Numbered from the stretch's first letter, positions 1 to 10,180 are shown. The stretch: 21,581 nucleotides of DNA from Amoeboradix gromovi X-113 (GCA_018985225.1 JADGIF010000091.1:1-21581); one strand, 5' to 3'. The notes: a model not told the origin generated them from the letters alone. Program-made: numbers and translations.

Positions 1-629
1 TTTTCCTTTTATACTCGTCAACTCCGCAACTGGCTGAATGTCCACTCGCCTCTTAAATCCATAAAATTAATAAAGCTAAAATAATGTTCAAGTTGTTATA
101 GAAAGTTAGTCCAGTTTTTATATTTGATGTCCCAAATTTAGTTTTCTAGAAATCGCTAATAAGGACTAAATAAATGCTTCAGAAAAGGAAGGATATGATG
201 CTTTTGCAACAATAATTAATTTAGATACAAACAACAAGTTCTTTTGTTTTATGTTACTTAATAGACTATTAGGATGCTTAAGTAATTGATTTTAGTTCAA
301 TTTGTCATCTATTATAGCGATTACAAAAACTCTCTTACTAATAGTCTTTCTATGGCTCTGTAATTATTAATAACTCTTGTACTTTCTTATCATCAACTGA
401 AAAGCTTTGTCAGTTTCACTAAGAAAATTCTTGAGTTTTTTGAAATCAAGACTTTCAAGAGGTGACTAATCGATGTGCAGGCCATAGCGTAATTCTAGCC
501 TATGAGAAATCAGGTCTTTCTAGTTGTCTATGGTTTTCGTTCTTCGCATACAAAATAATTCTCAGACAAGATTTTGATAAAAAGATATCTCCGAGTTGTC
601 TCATTCTCAAAATTCCAAACAAGGACAAG

Positions 630-3600
630 ATGCCCAATTTGCAGTTTTTGAAGGAACTTGTCAGCGCTCTTGAATCTAATTCTGATCCTACTCCCTTAGT
701 AATGGCACATAGTTCTATTGTCTCAAAAACCAAGCTAACTTTGCTTATATGCGGTTGCCTAAACCATTTTAAACATTTACCAAACATTCTTTCTTTTGTA
801 GATAGTTTAAGAGATGAAGAACTTTTGGATGAGAATTTACTACTTGACTATTTAAGTCCTGACCTTCAGGTATCTTTGGAACTAAGTGCCGCTAATGATC
901 CATCGTTCAAACACATGCCATTATTACTCAATTTACCGTTTTTATCTTCCATTGATAATTCTGTATTTGATCATCTATATCGATTGATTGACACAATGTC
1001 TCTTGATCTTCCAACATGCAACTCTGGTGAAATATACATTTTTATTGATTTGGTACTTGATCAATTGCGATCTTGCAATTCGTTGTTTGGCTTTCCAAAT
1101 TTTATCAATTGCGGCCTAAAATCAAACCCAATTATTTCTTATGAGTCCAAAGCTGCTCTTTTTTGTACTAGAGCAATGTTTCTATTCAATTATTGGCTTT
1201 CAAAGGGCCTAGTTCAATTTGATCATTTTTATTTTTTAATATCAAAATATTCCAACTGTTCTCCGATTGATCTACCACTAAACAAGGATTGTGATATTGT
1301 AGATATAGGACTAGTAGATCCAAGTGTTGATCCTAACAACCTTACAATGTACCAGCTACCACCGCTTTCACAGGAATTATTAGATTTAATCCAAGAATGC
1401 GAGTTTGATGAATATTTAGACTTAAATAATCCTGAAGATGCTCAGAGTGTTAAAAATCGTAACTTGCATATTTCTAACTTGAGGAAGGAGCACATTAACC
1501 AGCATTCGAAGCCAGTGAATGTATACATCTGCTATCTTCAATCTGCACTGTTGCTGCTTCCGCTATCCGTCTTAAAGGCCTCTGATATACATTGCATTAT
1601 GAATTTTACACCTTTATATCACATATTTATCACTCGGTTAACAAACAAAGGCTATTTTATAAATTTCTATGGTTTCGAATTATATATAAAGAAAGGTGCC
1701 ATGGATAACAAACTATCGAGTAAGAAGCCAGACATTATATCGTCTAAAGCCACTACTCCAATGCTGTTTACATTGTTTAATTACAAACAAAAGTTTAATA
1801 CAAACACTATGTCATTGTTGTTACCTCATTTGGTTTGCTATCCACAGTATGCTAGCAATTATTATTCCCAAATGGAGGTATCTAATTTAACTCCAAACTC
1901 GAGCTGCTTGTTGTCTAAAATGGCGATTAATGCACACTTAAAATTGTTTCAGAAATGCTGCAAAGGACTTGTAAACACGCAGTGCAAGCAATGGGAGTAC
2001 GTTGATCAACTGTGTAGCTCGCATTTGTATTATCATTCACTTTTATTTAATCACTTGTACACAACCCCAAACTGCGCTAGTTTTGCGTATTTATATTTAA
2101 AAGGAAGCGACTTATACTTTGAGCTATTATTCAAATCATGCCAGTTTGAAATGGTCAAGCATATAAACTCGACTGCTAAATTCAATACTTTGTCTCAATT
2201 TATGGTGAACCTGCTGCTGAAAACAGAAAAATGCGATGGACTGTACTTTAGATTTATAAACAAGTATTATAATGACAACCAACTGTTCAATCTTGCGTGG
2301 TACTTCAGCAACATACTAAAATGTACTAATACTACATACAAACAGATATACTATCCGTATTTGACTAGATTACCCAACCTAAGGTATTTTATTTATTCTC
2401 AATTTGAAATCAACCAAGATAACGTAAATCGGCCATTGATCAATTGCTTACATAGCATGTATACAAACACTGATCCTCAGATATTTACTGATATAATATT
2501 TAAGATTATAAACACTATACACCATTTACAAGATAAACAAGTTATCGAGTCATCAATGGTCGTATTAGAGGATTTAATGACCTGGCTTTTCATGAATGGA
2601 TACAAGTACAACTCCAATTCAAGCAGTAAGATTCCCAATACAAGCAACAGTATAATTTCATTGTATTATGAGCAAAAACAGTTTCTTGACCCGTTAAACA
2701 AGATGACAGACATACACACGCTAATTAATGACTACGTTAGTAACATAAAACATAGGCTGAGTCCCAAAATGCTTGATTACCTACTGTCACGAATAGAAAT
2801 TGATAAACAGCTATTTCAAATAAAACCTACAGAACCACCGGATATTATGCATTCATGTGTTATATTCAACATAAACGATGCATACTACTACAACCACGTA
2901 TTTTCAATTCGCAACTGCAGTTATTTTACCGATATAGAGTGTATGGCAATCGGATGCCATTTCGACAATTTTTCTACCCTGATGAACCATATTCACACAA
3001 ACACACGGGAAATGCTGCATGTAGCATTAACAATGATGGGCAGGCTATCTAAAAGCGAGCTATTGCAATTTTTGAAGATTCAAACGCATGTTTACACAAA
3101 GGAACTTGAAGTATTACAGAGCCATGTCATGCAGTCATTAAAAGCTAATCTGGCTAAGCAAGGGTATACTACGAGTGATCGTGAAATGCAGAGATGGAGA
3201 CTAGGAGACCTGGGAATTAATGAAGATGAGGAAGAAGAGGGTGAAATTAGGTCTTTAAATGGATCTATCGAAATAGTAAGTGCGCCAGAGGATTTATCTG
3301 ATATGGGGGATAAGCCAGCTATTGAGGATACCGGAGCAGATGAAGCTATGGCAGATGTGCCAAAGAATATAGAAACTGTCGTGGGCAGTCCAATAAAGGA
3401 CACTGACAAGGTAGCGGCTGAATTGGCAGCTGTGAAGATGGAAAACAATAGCAACAATGTCAGTACTGAACATTTCATTCAAAAAGCTGTTGAGCATGAA
3501 AGTAGTTCACAAGGCAATCGTACCTCGATCAGCTCAGATTTTGTATCTGGTTCCAAAACTGCAGAAAACGAAGAAATAAAAGAGAACGTTTCTCAAGTAG

Positions 3601-3920
3601 AAACTAGAGAGAGTGAATCGTCAAGTTCTTTGGTATTGAAGAAATCAGATGATATAAAAAGGAGATTGCAACAGCCTACTAGCGGAGTTAAGGTCGAGCA
3701 AAGCAAAAGACCAACTGAGAGTAACTTGAAGAAGAAAGCAGATTCTGAAGCAACAGCGAGCGACAAGTATGGGCTAAGAAACAGAAAGAATTTAAATCTT
3801 GAAAGTGCTGTGGAGGATAGTAATCAAACCACGGATAAATTAGAGGAACCAAATTCGTATGGATTCAGAAAGAGAAGCGCATCATCAGAAAGTAGTCAAA
3901 AAAGAAAAAGGAAGAAGTGA
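630..3920 (+). CDS. Large helical protein, probably a divergent THO complex subunit 2 (Tho2/THOC2), with an acidic/low-complexity C-terminus and terminal NLS
   Basis: Uninterrupted ~1100-codon ORF; first in-frame ATG at 630 (the track start at 462 is GTG). Segments SCVIFNINDAYY, TDIECMAIGCHF and REMLHVALTMMGRL resemble Tho2 C-terminal domain motifs in the expected order. Ends in KRKRKK. The CDS itself is secure; the family call is tentative. Confidence 0.55.
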   Translation: MPNLQFLKELVSALESNSDPTPLVMAHSSIVSKTKLTLLICGCLNHFKHLPNILSFVDSLRDEELLDENLLLDYLSPDLQVSLELSAANDPSFKHMPLLLNLPFLSSIDNSVFDHLYRLIDTMSLDLPTCNSGEIYIFIDLVLDQLRSCNSLFGFPNFINCGLKSNPIISYESKAALFCTRAMFLFNYWLSKGLVQFDHFYFLISKYSNCSPIDLPLNKDCDIVDIGLVDPSVDPNNLTMYQLPPLSQELLDLIQECEFDEYLDLNNPEDAQSVKNRNLHISNLRKEHINQHSKPVNVYICYLQSALLLLPLSVLKASDIHCIMNFTPLYHIFITRLTNKGYFINFYGFELYIKKGAMDNKLSSKKPDIISSKATTPMLFTLFNYKQKFNTNTMSLLLPHLVCYPQYASNYYSQMEVSNLTPNSSCLLSKMAINAHLKLFQKCCKGLVNTQCKQWEYVDQLCSSHLYYHSLLFNHLYTTPNCASFAYLYLKGSDLYFELLFKSCQFEMVKHINSTAKFNTLSQFMVNLLLKTEKCDGLYFRFINKYYNDNQLFNLAWYFSNILKCTNTTYKQIYYPYLTRLPNLRYFIYSQFEINQDNVNRPLINCLHSMYTNTDPQIFTDIIFKIINTIHHLQDKQVIESSMVVLEDLMTWLFMNGYKYNSNSSSKIPNTSNSIISLYYEQKQFLDPLNKMTDIHTLINDYVSNIKHRLSPKMLDYLLSRIEIDKQLFQIKPTEPPDIMHSCVIFNINDAYYYNHVFSIRNCSYFTDIECMAIGCHFDNFSTLMNHIHTNTREMLHVALTMMGRLSKSELLQFLKIQTHVYTKELEVLQSHVMQSLKANLAKQGYTTSDREMQRWRLGDLGINEDEEEEGEIRSLNGSIEIVSAPEDLSDMGDKPAIEDTGADEAMADVPKNIETVVGSPIKDTDKVAAELAAVKMENNSNNVSTEHFIQKAVEHESSSQGNRTSISSDFVSGSKTAENEEIKENVSQVETRESESSSSLVLKKSDDIKRRLQQPTSGVKVEQSKRPTESNLKKKADSEATASDKYGLRNRKNLNLESAVEDSNQTTDKLEEPNSYGFRKRSASSESSQKRKRKK

Positions 3921-3970
3921 AGTAAACGTAATTGATTTTAAAATTAAAGACTTGAATAGTGGCTTGTTTT

Positions 3971-4252
3971 ATGATTCTGATACTTAATAAAATATATAGT
4001 TACCCAGTTAGCAAAGGAGAGGAAGACTATACGACGAATGGAGGCGTAATTTTATTTATAATTGCAGTAGTACTGGTATTAACTGCAGGAATAATGCTAA
4101 TTTATAATAAACTAAAGAAAAATCAGCCTAGAGCTGCATATGCATCAAACGCTATAATAATGAGAACTAATCCTGCTAAAAACATAATTAAAGAGGAAGA
4201 TTTGAGTGCAATTTCACCCTTGCGAATGAGAAGTCCTATTATGAAAAAATAA
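3971..4252 (+). CDS. Small single-pass membrane protein (short N-terminal hydrophobic leader, one TM helix, basic cytosolic tail)
   Basis: ATG at 3971; TM segment GGVILFIIAVVLVLTAGIMLIY followed by NKLKKN (positive-inside pattern). Confidence 0.6.
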   Translation: MILILNKIYSYPVSKGEEDYTTNGGVILFIIAVVLVLTAGIMLIYNKLKKNQPRAAYASNAIIMRTNPAKNIIKEEDLSAISPLRMRSPIMKK

Positions 4253-4366
4253 CGTTAAAAATAAATAATATTAAAAGAAATAAGCTAAGTTTTGTGCGGT
4301 CGACCAAGAGAAAGTATGACCGAGTATACGTGATATAATTTTTATAAACTGCTTTCCTTGTTTGCA

Positions 4367-5183
4367 ATGAGTTTGGGATTGAATAACTTTGAAATTGGGA
4401 AACTTTTAGGACGAGGCAGATTTGGGAAGGTGTATTTGGCAAAGCATAAGACATCTGACTATGTTTGTGCTCTCAAAATTCTGGATAAAGATGAAGTGGA
4501 GCAACATAAAATGCATCATCAGTTACGAAGGGAAATTGAAATACAAGCACATTTGCGGCACCCCAACATTCTGAGATTGTATGGTTACTTTTATGACGAT
4601 AAAAGAATATACCTGGTCTTGGAATATGCAGAGGAAGGTGAGCTATACAACTTAATAAATAAGGGACCTTTGAGTGAGGAAAAGGTGGCTAAATACATGT
4701 CACAACTGTGCTTCGGATTTCTTTATCTACACTCAAAGAATGTTATTCACAGAGACATAAAACCAGAGAATTTGTTAATTGGTAGAGGGGATGAAATTAA
4801 GATGTCAGATTTCGGTTGGTCTGTCCATGCTCCTCATAAACGCAGAGACACAATGTGCGGCACTTTGGACTACCTTCCTCCTGTATTTTTTGCTGATTTA
4901 GGAAATGGTTAATAGGGAAGAATATCACACTGGAGTCGATCTGTGGTGTCTCGGTATCTTAGCATATGAATTACTAGTGGGTAAACCTCCATTTGAACAA
5001 AAAAACACACAAGAGACATATAGAGCAATTAGAAAGGGTGAGTACGACGATAAGCCATTATCGGATGAAGCTAGAAACTTTATTGCGGGGCTATTAAATA
5101 TAGTTCCAGATGATAGAAGAAGTCTGAAGAGATGCTTGCGGCATCCATTCTTGACTAAATATGGCTACGGGAATGAGGAATAA
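4367..5183 (+). CDS. Aurora-family Ser/Thr kinase (Ipl1/Ark1-like), two exons: 4367-4882 and 4902-5183, 265 aa
   Basis: Motifs [52 protein letters not shown] and [22 protein letters not shown]. Removing the 19-nt intron restores DYLPP-EMV and joins [20 protein letters not shown]. Confidence 0.95.
4883..4901 (+). other. 19-nt spliceosomal intron GTATTTTTTGCTGATTTAG
   Basis: GT...AG boundaries and a branch-like GCTGAT just before the 3' TAG. Phase-0 removal rebuilds the invariant kinase subdomain VIII PPE motif. Confidence 0.92.
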
Positions 5184-5200
5184 AATTATGTAAATACTTT

Positions 5201-6590
5201 TTATTGCAAATGCTGTATTTTTATATCAACCCACAAGTCTCCCAGAGATAGTATTCGAGTAATTCCGTTTTTCACTGTTTCAATCAGCTTGCGCCCATAC
5301 AAGGTATAAGGATGAGTGGTGGGTTTCCTCATATTAAATGGAGGTATCCACGAAGATAGCAGATCCCACAATTGTCTTTTTGTATCTAGGCTTGCCATGA
5401 CAAATATTATATCAATTCTTTCAAAGAAATCGGCTAAGATAGGACAAGGGTCCAGATAATCGCTTTCATTATAAAATAGACCTACATTGGCACCTATTTC
5501 GCCTTCCTCTTCTTCAAGATCTTGATAAGCAGCGGTTTTGATTTGCATATCATCATCTGCCCATATATCCAATAGATTATGGATCCACTGGCACATATCC
5601 ACTGCGCATAGCTCAACTTGAGTTAGGGAAGTCTTCTCCATTTCAAAAAGCATATTTTTAACGATCAAATAGCCAAAACTTCTAATATTTGGATAAGAAC
5701 ATTTGATCAGTTTTATCAGATTGGAAGCTTCTGGGTAAATTTCAAGCATAGGCAGACCTGAGGCATACTCTAGAACGCTAACAAGTTCATTTGGTACGTT
5801 GGTCAACACTACCGAACCTTGTAAAAGAACATAATTCAGAGTTTTGCTCTGGTGAAAAAGATTTAGCCAGGATTCCCAACTTACGGCTTCTAATTCAGAG
5901 TAGAACCCATTTTTCAACTTTTCCTCTTTATCTTTATCCTTCAAGGTCTTTTCCAATAAGACAAACCGAAACAAATCTACGGCTACTTTTTCAGACTTAT
6001 TTTCAGGTCGGATCGGATTGGATATTTGATACAATTCATGCCTGTTCCACTGAAATCTAAGGTCCTTGCAAGAATAGTTTTTGAATATCGCGTCCATTGT
6101 TTTTGTAAAGTAGTGAAAGAGCAACCTGTCTTGATTTTTATCATTGCCTATTAAATCAATGGTATAGTTTATCAGCTTTAAATAAATCTTTTTTATGCTT
6201 TTATTAGCCTTGGTTTGGAGCAAAATATTTCTAAAAACCACTAAGTAAAAAACAAGTAGTTCAAAATCCACTACTTGACTGCAAATGAAGTACTCAAATT
6301 GAAGAAGCATATTGTAATTTCCATCTATTCTTCTCATTAAATGATAAAGAAACATGCTATACGATCTTCCTTGTAACTTAGAAAGTACTGTTAAATGTTC
6401 CATCAGGAGAGTTTGTGATTGAAATTTGCGACAGATAATGAATTTCATTGAATAAACCATCTATCGAGAGTAAATTTCTTTTTGTATATAATGCTCTTCT
6501 TTTCTGGATATTACGAATGGAACAACATGCAATGTCTTCAGTATTCATCAATGACAAGTATTTCTGTACATCGCAATACTGCACATTCAT
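5201..6590 (-). CDS. Hypothetical alpha-helical protein; probably two exons (6590-6389, 6369-5201; 456 aa), otherwise the single ORF 6460-5201
   Basis: 419-codon ORF converging on the Aurora gene. The upstream 70-codon ORF joins in frame if the candidate 19-nt intron 6370-6388 is removed. No family recognised. Confidence 0.6.
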
Positions 6591-6644
6591 CTAGAAAAGA
6601 ACTAATGGACATATCACATACTCTTCGACACTGAGAAGCCGGCG

Positions 6645-6811
6645 TAGCTAGAGATCATATTGCAACAGGGAACATATACATCAATACATGCATCCTTGTT
6701 CAATCCGTCTCCGGGTAGTGAAAGCATGAGCAACGACTGTAGTGGAAGAACTAATTCTCTGTGGAAATTCTCGATTTTCTCGGAAATCGCATCTTTTAAT
6801 CAAAGTACTTA
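6645..6811 (+). mobile_element. Fanzor2-like element relic: last codons (RDHIATGNIYI..YMHP) plus 3' omegaRNA-like end
   Basis: Aligns by eye with ~12013-12179 and with the reverse complement of ~14155-14331 (GGGTAGTGAAAGC, TTCTCTGTGGAA, TTCTCGATTTTCTCGGAAATC, CTTTTAATCAAAGTACTTA). Confidence 0.85.
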
Positions 6812-7182
6812 GAGCCAGGACAAGTATTTGCAGAGACTGGTTTCATTAGATAAATATCAGTAAGCTCAATTGATTCTACTTATTGCACAAGTATGATGCT
6901 ACTGAACGTTCTGGTTCGCGCAGGTAAAGACAATGAACACGATGTGCTATTGAATTTGTGTAAACAGGGGCGGCAGCCTCTTAAAATGTTAATTCTCAAC
7001 TATTTTCAGTTTTACAAAAAGACAAGTAATTACTGCACGCACCCCAAATGCTATATTGACAATTAGCCAAATCTCCTTGACATTTGATATGCTGAAAACG
7101 ATGAGATACCAAGCTGGCAAACTAGAAAGTATTATAATTGTTTTGCCTCATATCTAGGTGATGAGTTATGAGAAATTAGTTG

Positions 7183-7385
7183 ATGTTTTTTCCGATGGCT
7201 GCCTCCTTACGTTGAACCATCGTCTTTCCTCCTTCTCTACACTTGAACTTCAAGCATTCCTTGAATACGGAATGAGACATAGTTGCCGTATTTCTTGCGA
7301 CTTTTCTTGAGAAATTACTTATCGTTTAGTCCTATTGAACGATGGTAGGTATTTCAGATCATACGTCTTTGTAAGATAATGTGTT
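7183..7385 (-). pseudogene. Degenerate internal Fanzor2 fragment (RuvC-II region)
   Basis: Minus strand reads HYLTKTYDLKYLPSF..(frameshift)..SNFSRKVARNTATMSHSVFKECLKFKCREGGKT. This is homologous to TKTYDLIYLPSL...SKVARNMSTMSHYAFKERLKFKCKQRGKT at 11755-11907. Confidence 0.85.
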
Positions 7386-7983
7386 GGCTATAAAAGATAG
7401 CGATTCCCTCAATAAATAAATTATGATTTCTAACTTCACCAGATTGGAACCAAACTTCTTCAGATCCGACTGCGGATCATAACAATTCTTGTGGTAGTGC
7501 TCAAAAGATGCTTTATAAACAGAATCTATGAATTTTAAAAGTTTAATAGCGGTACTAGGGAGCATGTAAATCGTGCTCTGATGGGATTCAATAAGCTTGT
7601 CAATCGTAACCCCAGTATTTAATGCAAACAAAAAGCATAACGTCTGCTAGTGGGCAATTTATCTTCCAAAGTGCATATGGAAGTAAGTACACTGCGTGGA
7701 TGAAGATGCTTATTGATAGTAGTAAATAACTGTTCTTATAGAATATAAGGTCTTGGGTACTCGGAGAGCGGCTTGAACGCGGTAGAAGAAGCGTTTAATC
7801 CGTTGGGTATAGCTTTTAAAGTAGATTGAAATCAGTACGTTTCTTCAGTCTATTATTTGAAGCCCATGTCATGTAATGCTTTGCCTTTTTAGACCGATGA
7901 AAAAGTTCTGCTTGCTAGATAGAATACGCATATGCTATTAGTACGTGGATATATGGACGGTTGTTTAAAAAGAATAAAATTGT

Positions 7984-8973
7984 TTATTGGGGTTTGATAT
8001 CATATGGGGGAAACTGACCGGGTATACATTCTTCATCACTGATACCCAATGCTGTAATTTTTACGCAGTAATCCTGGCAGCTTTTTTGATCTCGGTAGTT
8101 GATAGAGCCACAAGTACTTCGATCTTGACATTCTTCGAAAGGAGAATTTTCGACGCACCTCAGCAGTACTGGAATTTTAGCAACTATATTTCCAGAAATT
8201 GCATACACCAGTTTGCCACCATACAAGTCTTCTTTCACAGTCACATATGATAATAACCTATCGTTAATATTGAACTGAGTCCACTTATCTTCTTGAATAT
8301 TGGTTGTGCAATATATGCCTGAGCCACCAACTGTATTGACACCACAAATAGTACCGTCAAATAGTTCAAACTGTGTAAATACCGCCGTAGATTTGGTCCA
8401 CTCTGTGATGTCAGTCTTACAGTACAGTGCACCTGCACCTGATTTATCGGATTCAATCCCGCATATCTGTTTATTATAAACAGAAATCTGCCCAAATTTG
8501 TAATTACTTACAATTTGCACCCAGGAAAGCTTCTGTTTATCAAGTGGTTCTACTGTGTTAAATGCGGAACAATACACAATCCCGCTACTAGTTAATCTGC
8601 ATATTCTCTTTGATTTAACATCCAGTTCCACCGACTTTGTATCTTCAGTGTTCACTGAAGTCCAAGTTGTAGAACTTCCTGTCTTGAACCCTTGAGTACA
8701 TGAAATCTTACTGTCTTCAGTCACCCCACATGCACTGGTGTCAGAGAGGGAAATTTGTTTCAGTGCTACAGAGTCATACGGCATCCACATTTTCTCTTTA
8801 GCATTTAAGCAGTACACTTTAGAACCGTCAGTACCACAGACAGATGATCCAGAAGTCGAGATCTGAGTCAAATCGACAAGATTTGGAAAATTTGTGATTT
8901 TCCCTTTAATAGTACCAGCAATGATTTGCGGGGTCGGATTCACGGCAACTGAGTAAACTGTTGTAGCGAGCAT
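7984..8973 (-). CDS. Putative secreted Cys-rich tectonin/fish-egg-lectin-like beta-propeller repeat protein
   Basis: 329-aa ORF with a short hydrophobic N-terminus. About six repeats of the type (L/F)xQISxxxxxxCG(V/T)xxxxx(I/V/L)YC...W. Cys-rich C-terminal tail. Confidence 0.7.
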   Translation of the reverse strand: MLATTVYSVAVNPTPQIIAGTIKGKITNFPNLVDLTQISTSGSSVCGTDGSKVYCLNAKEKMWMPYDSVALKQISLSDTSACGVTEDSKISCTQGFKTGSSTTWTSVNTEDTKSVELDVKSKRICRLTSSGIVYCSAFNTVEPLDKQKLSWVQIVSNYKFGQISVYNKQICGIESDKSGAGALYCKTDITEWTKSTAVFTQFELFDGTICGVNTVGGSGIYCTTNIQEDKWTQFNINDRLLSYVTVKEDLYGGKLVYAISGNIVAKIPVLLRCVENSPFEECQDRSTCGSINYRDQKSCQDYCVKITALGISDEECIPGQFPPYDIKPQ

Positions 8974-9544
8974 TTTGATAAATAATCAAAAACCCCCTAT
9001 ATAGTAGAGCTCAGGTTGGAGGGGCTAATAGAATCACGGCAAGCATCTCGTTTATAAACATAATTTCAAGAGTGCTTGCCAAACCCTACGATGATATTGG
9101 GATGTGGAAATTATTCATGGCAGTTACTGCAATAAGACAATCTTGTAATAAGGAACCTCAATATTTGCTGTACAAGCAGAGCAGGCATTACCGCTGCTCT
9201 GCCATTTCACAACAATGCATATCAACCATTCAGCTACTTACATGATGACAAACTCTACTGCATGTCATCATGTGATAGCGTTGCCGCAGACTTCTAGCTA
9301 TCATTATGATGCATCAACAATCGAGCTGTTATAGCTGGAAAGTCGGCTTGTTTCTGTTTCTTTCTTTCTACACTTCTAGCGAATATTTCAAGAAATAACC
9401 CGCAGTGATCTTGCGTATGACGTTACATTACATATTCTGACATGATTGCAATGCTAATTTAAGTAGTTTCTCAAGAAAGGAGAGTGTTAAATAGAATTAA
9501 GATCAGTGAGGTCAGTGCATGGCTTTAACAAGGACCATTTATTT

Positions 9545-10180
9545 TCATTAGAATACAGTCAAGTGTGTCTACAAACTCCCAAGTCCTCCAAGTGGAAAAG
9601 ATTTCCTATCCAAGGGTTATTGCTAATGTCACTATCTACAAGTGCACTACTCACGAATAAATCTGTGATCAACTGTCGAAATACGTAAGTGAATGAAGGT
9701 TAGTACAATTTCAGAGTGCCATGATTTGGTTTTCTGTTGTGGTCGAGTCTGAAGAGAAAGATATTGAAAGGTGTTGTAAGCTAGCTGAAAATTCGAGCAA
9801 GTCACCATTTTATTGATTTTCATTCATATAGAAATCTGTTGGTCCTGGTGGGAGGATTCTTGGGATGCTACTTGTCAAATTATTAGAATTCACTTGTAGG
9901 CACCACAATGTCACAGGCAAATCAGCAGAGATGATTCCAGCGATATCAATTTGATACACACTCAGGAATCCAAGTGTAGGTGGTAAAAATTCACCTTTAT
10001 CGTGCCATTTAGTTGCAAACTACGCCAGTCAATAGCAGTCACTTTGCCATTGGCACAAACAGTACCCACTTCAGACGCAGTGCAGCAATTAGACTTTACT
10101 TTGGCATATTTTTCAGGATGAAATGTCCATATTCAAGACCTTTTACTGATTTAGTAACCATTGGACATTTGGATGAAGTG
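9545..10180 (-). pseudogene. Leucine-rich-repeat (receptor-like, extracellular type) protein pseudogene
   Basis: Not in the ORF track. Manual minus-strand translation gives SKCPMVTKSVKG..KSNCCTASEVGTVCANGKVTAIDWRSLQLNGTI/GEFLPPTLGFLSVYQ..LPVTLWCLQVNSNNLTSSIPRILPPGPTDFYMNENQ*NGDL..DISNNPWIGN, with several frameshifts and stops. Confidence 0.8.

Noticed and set aside
9413-9480. Weak resemblance (TAAGTAGTTTCTCAAGAAAGG) to the 7.3-kb Fanzor fragment
   Set aside because: About 20 nt of AT-rich match that I could not extend reliably.
9545-10180. TAA/TAG reassignment (aphelid/ciliate-type code) to explain in-frame stops
   Set aside because: Conserved genes end at TAA exactly where expected (ATG12 after the terminal Gly, Aurora), long ORFs have no internal stops, and the broken frames also have frameshifts.
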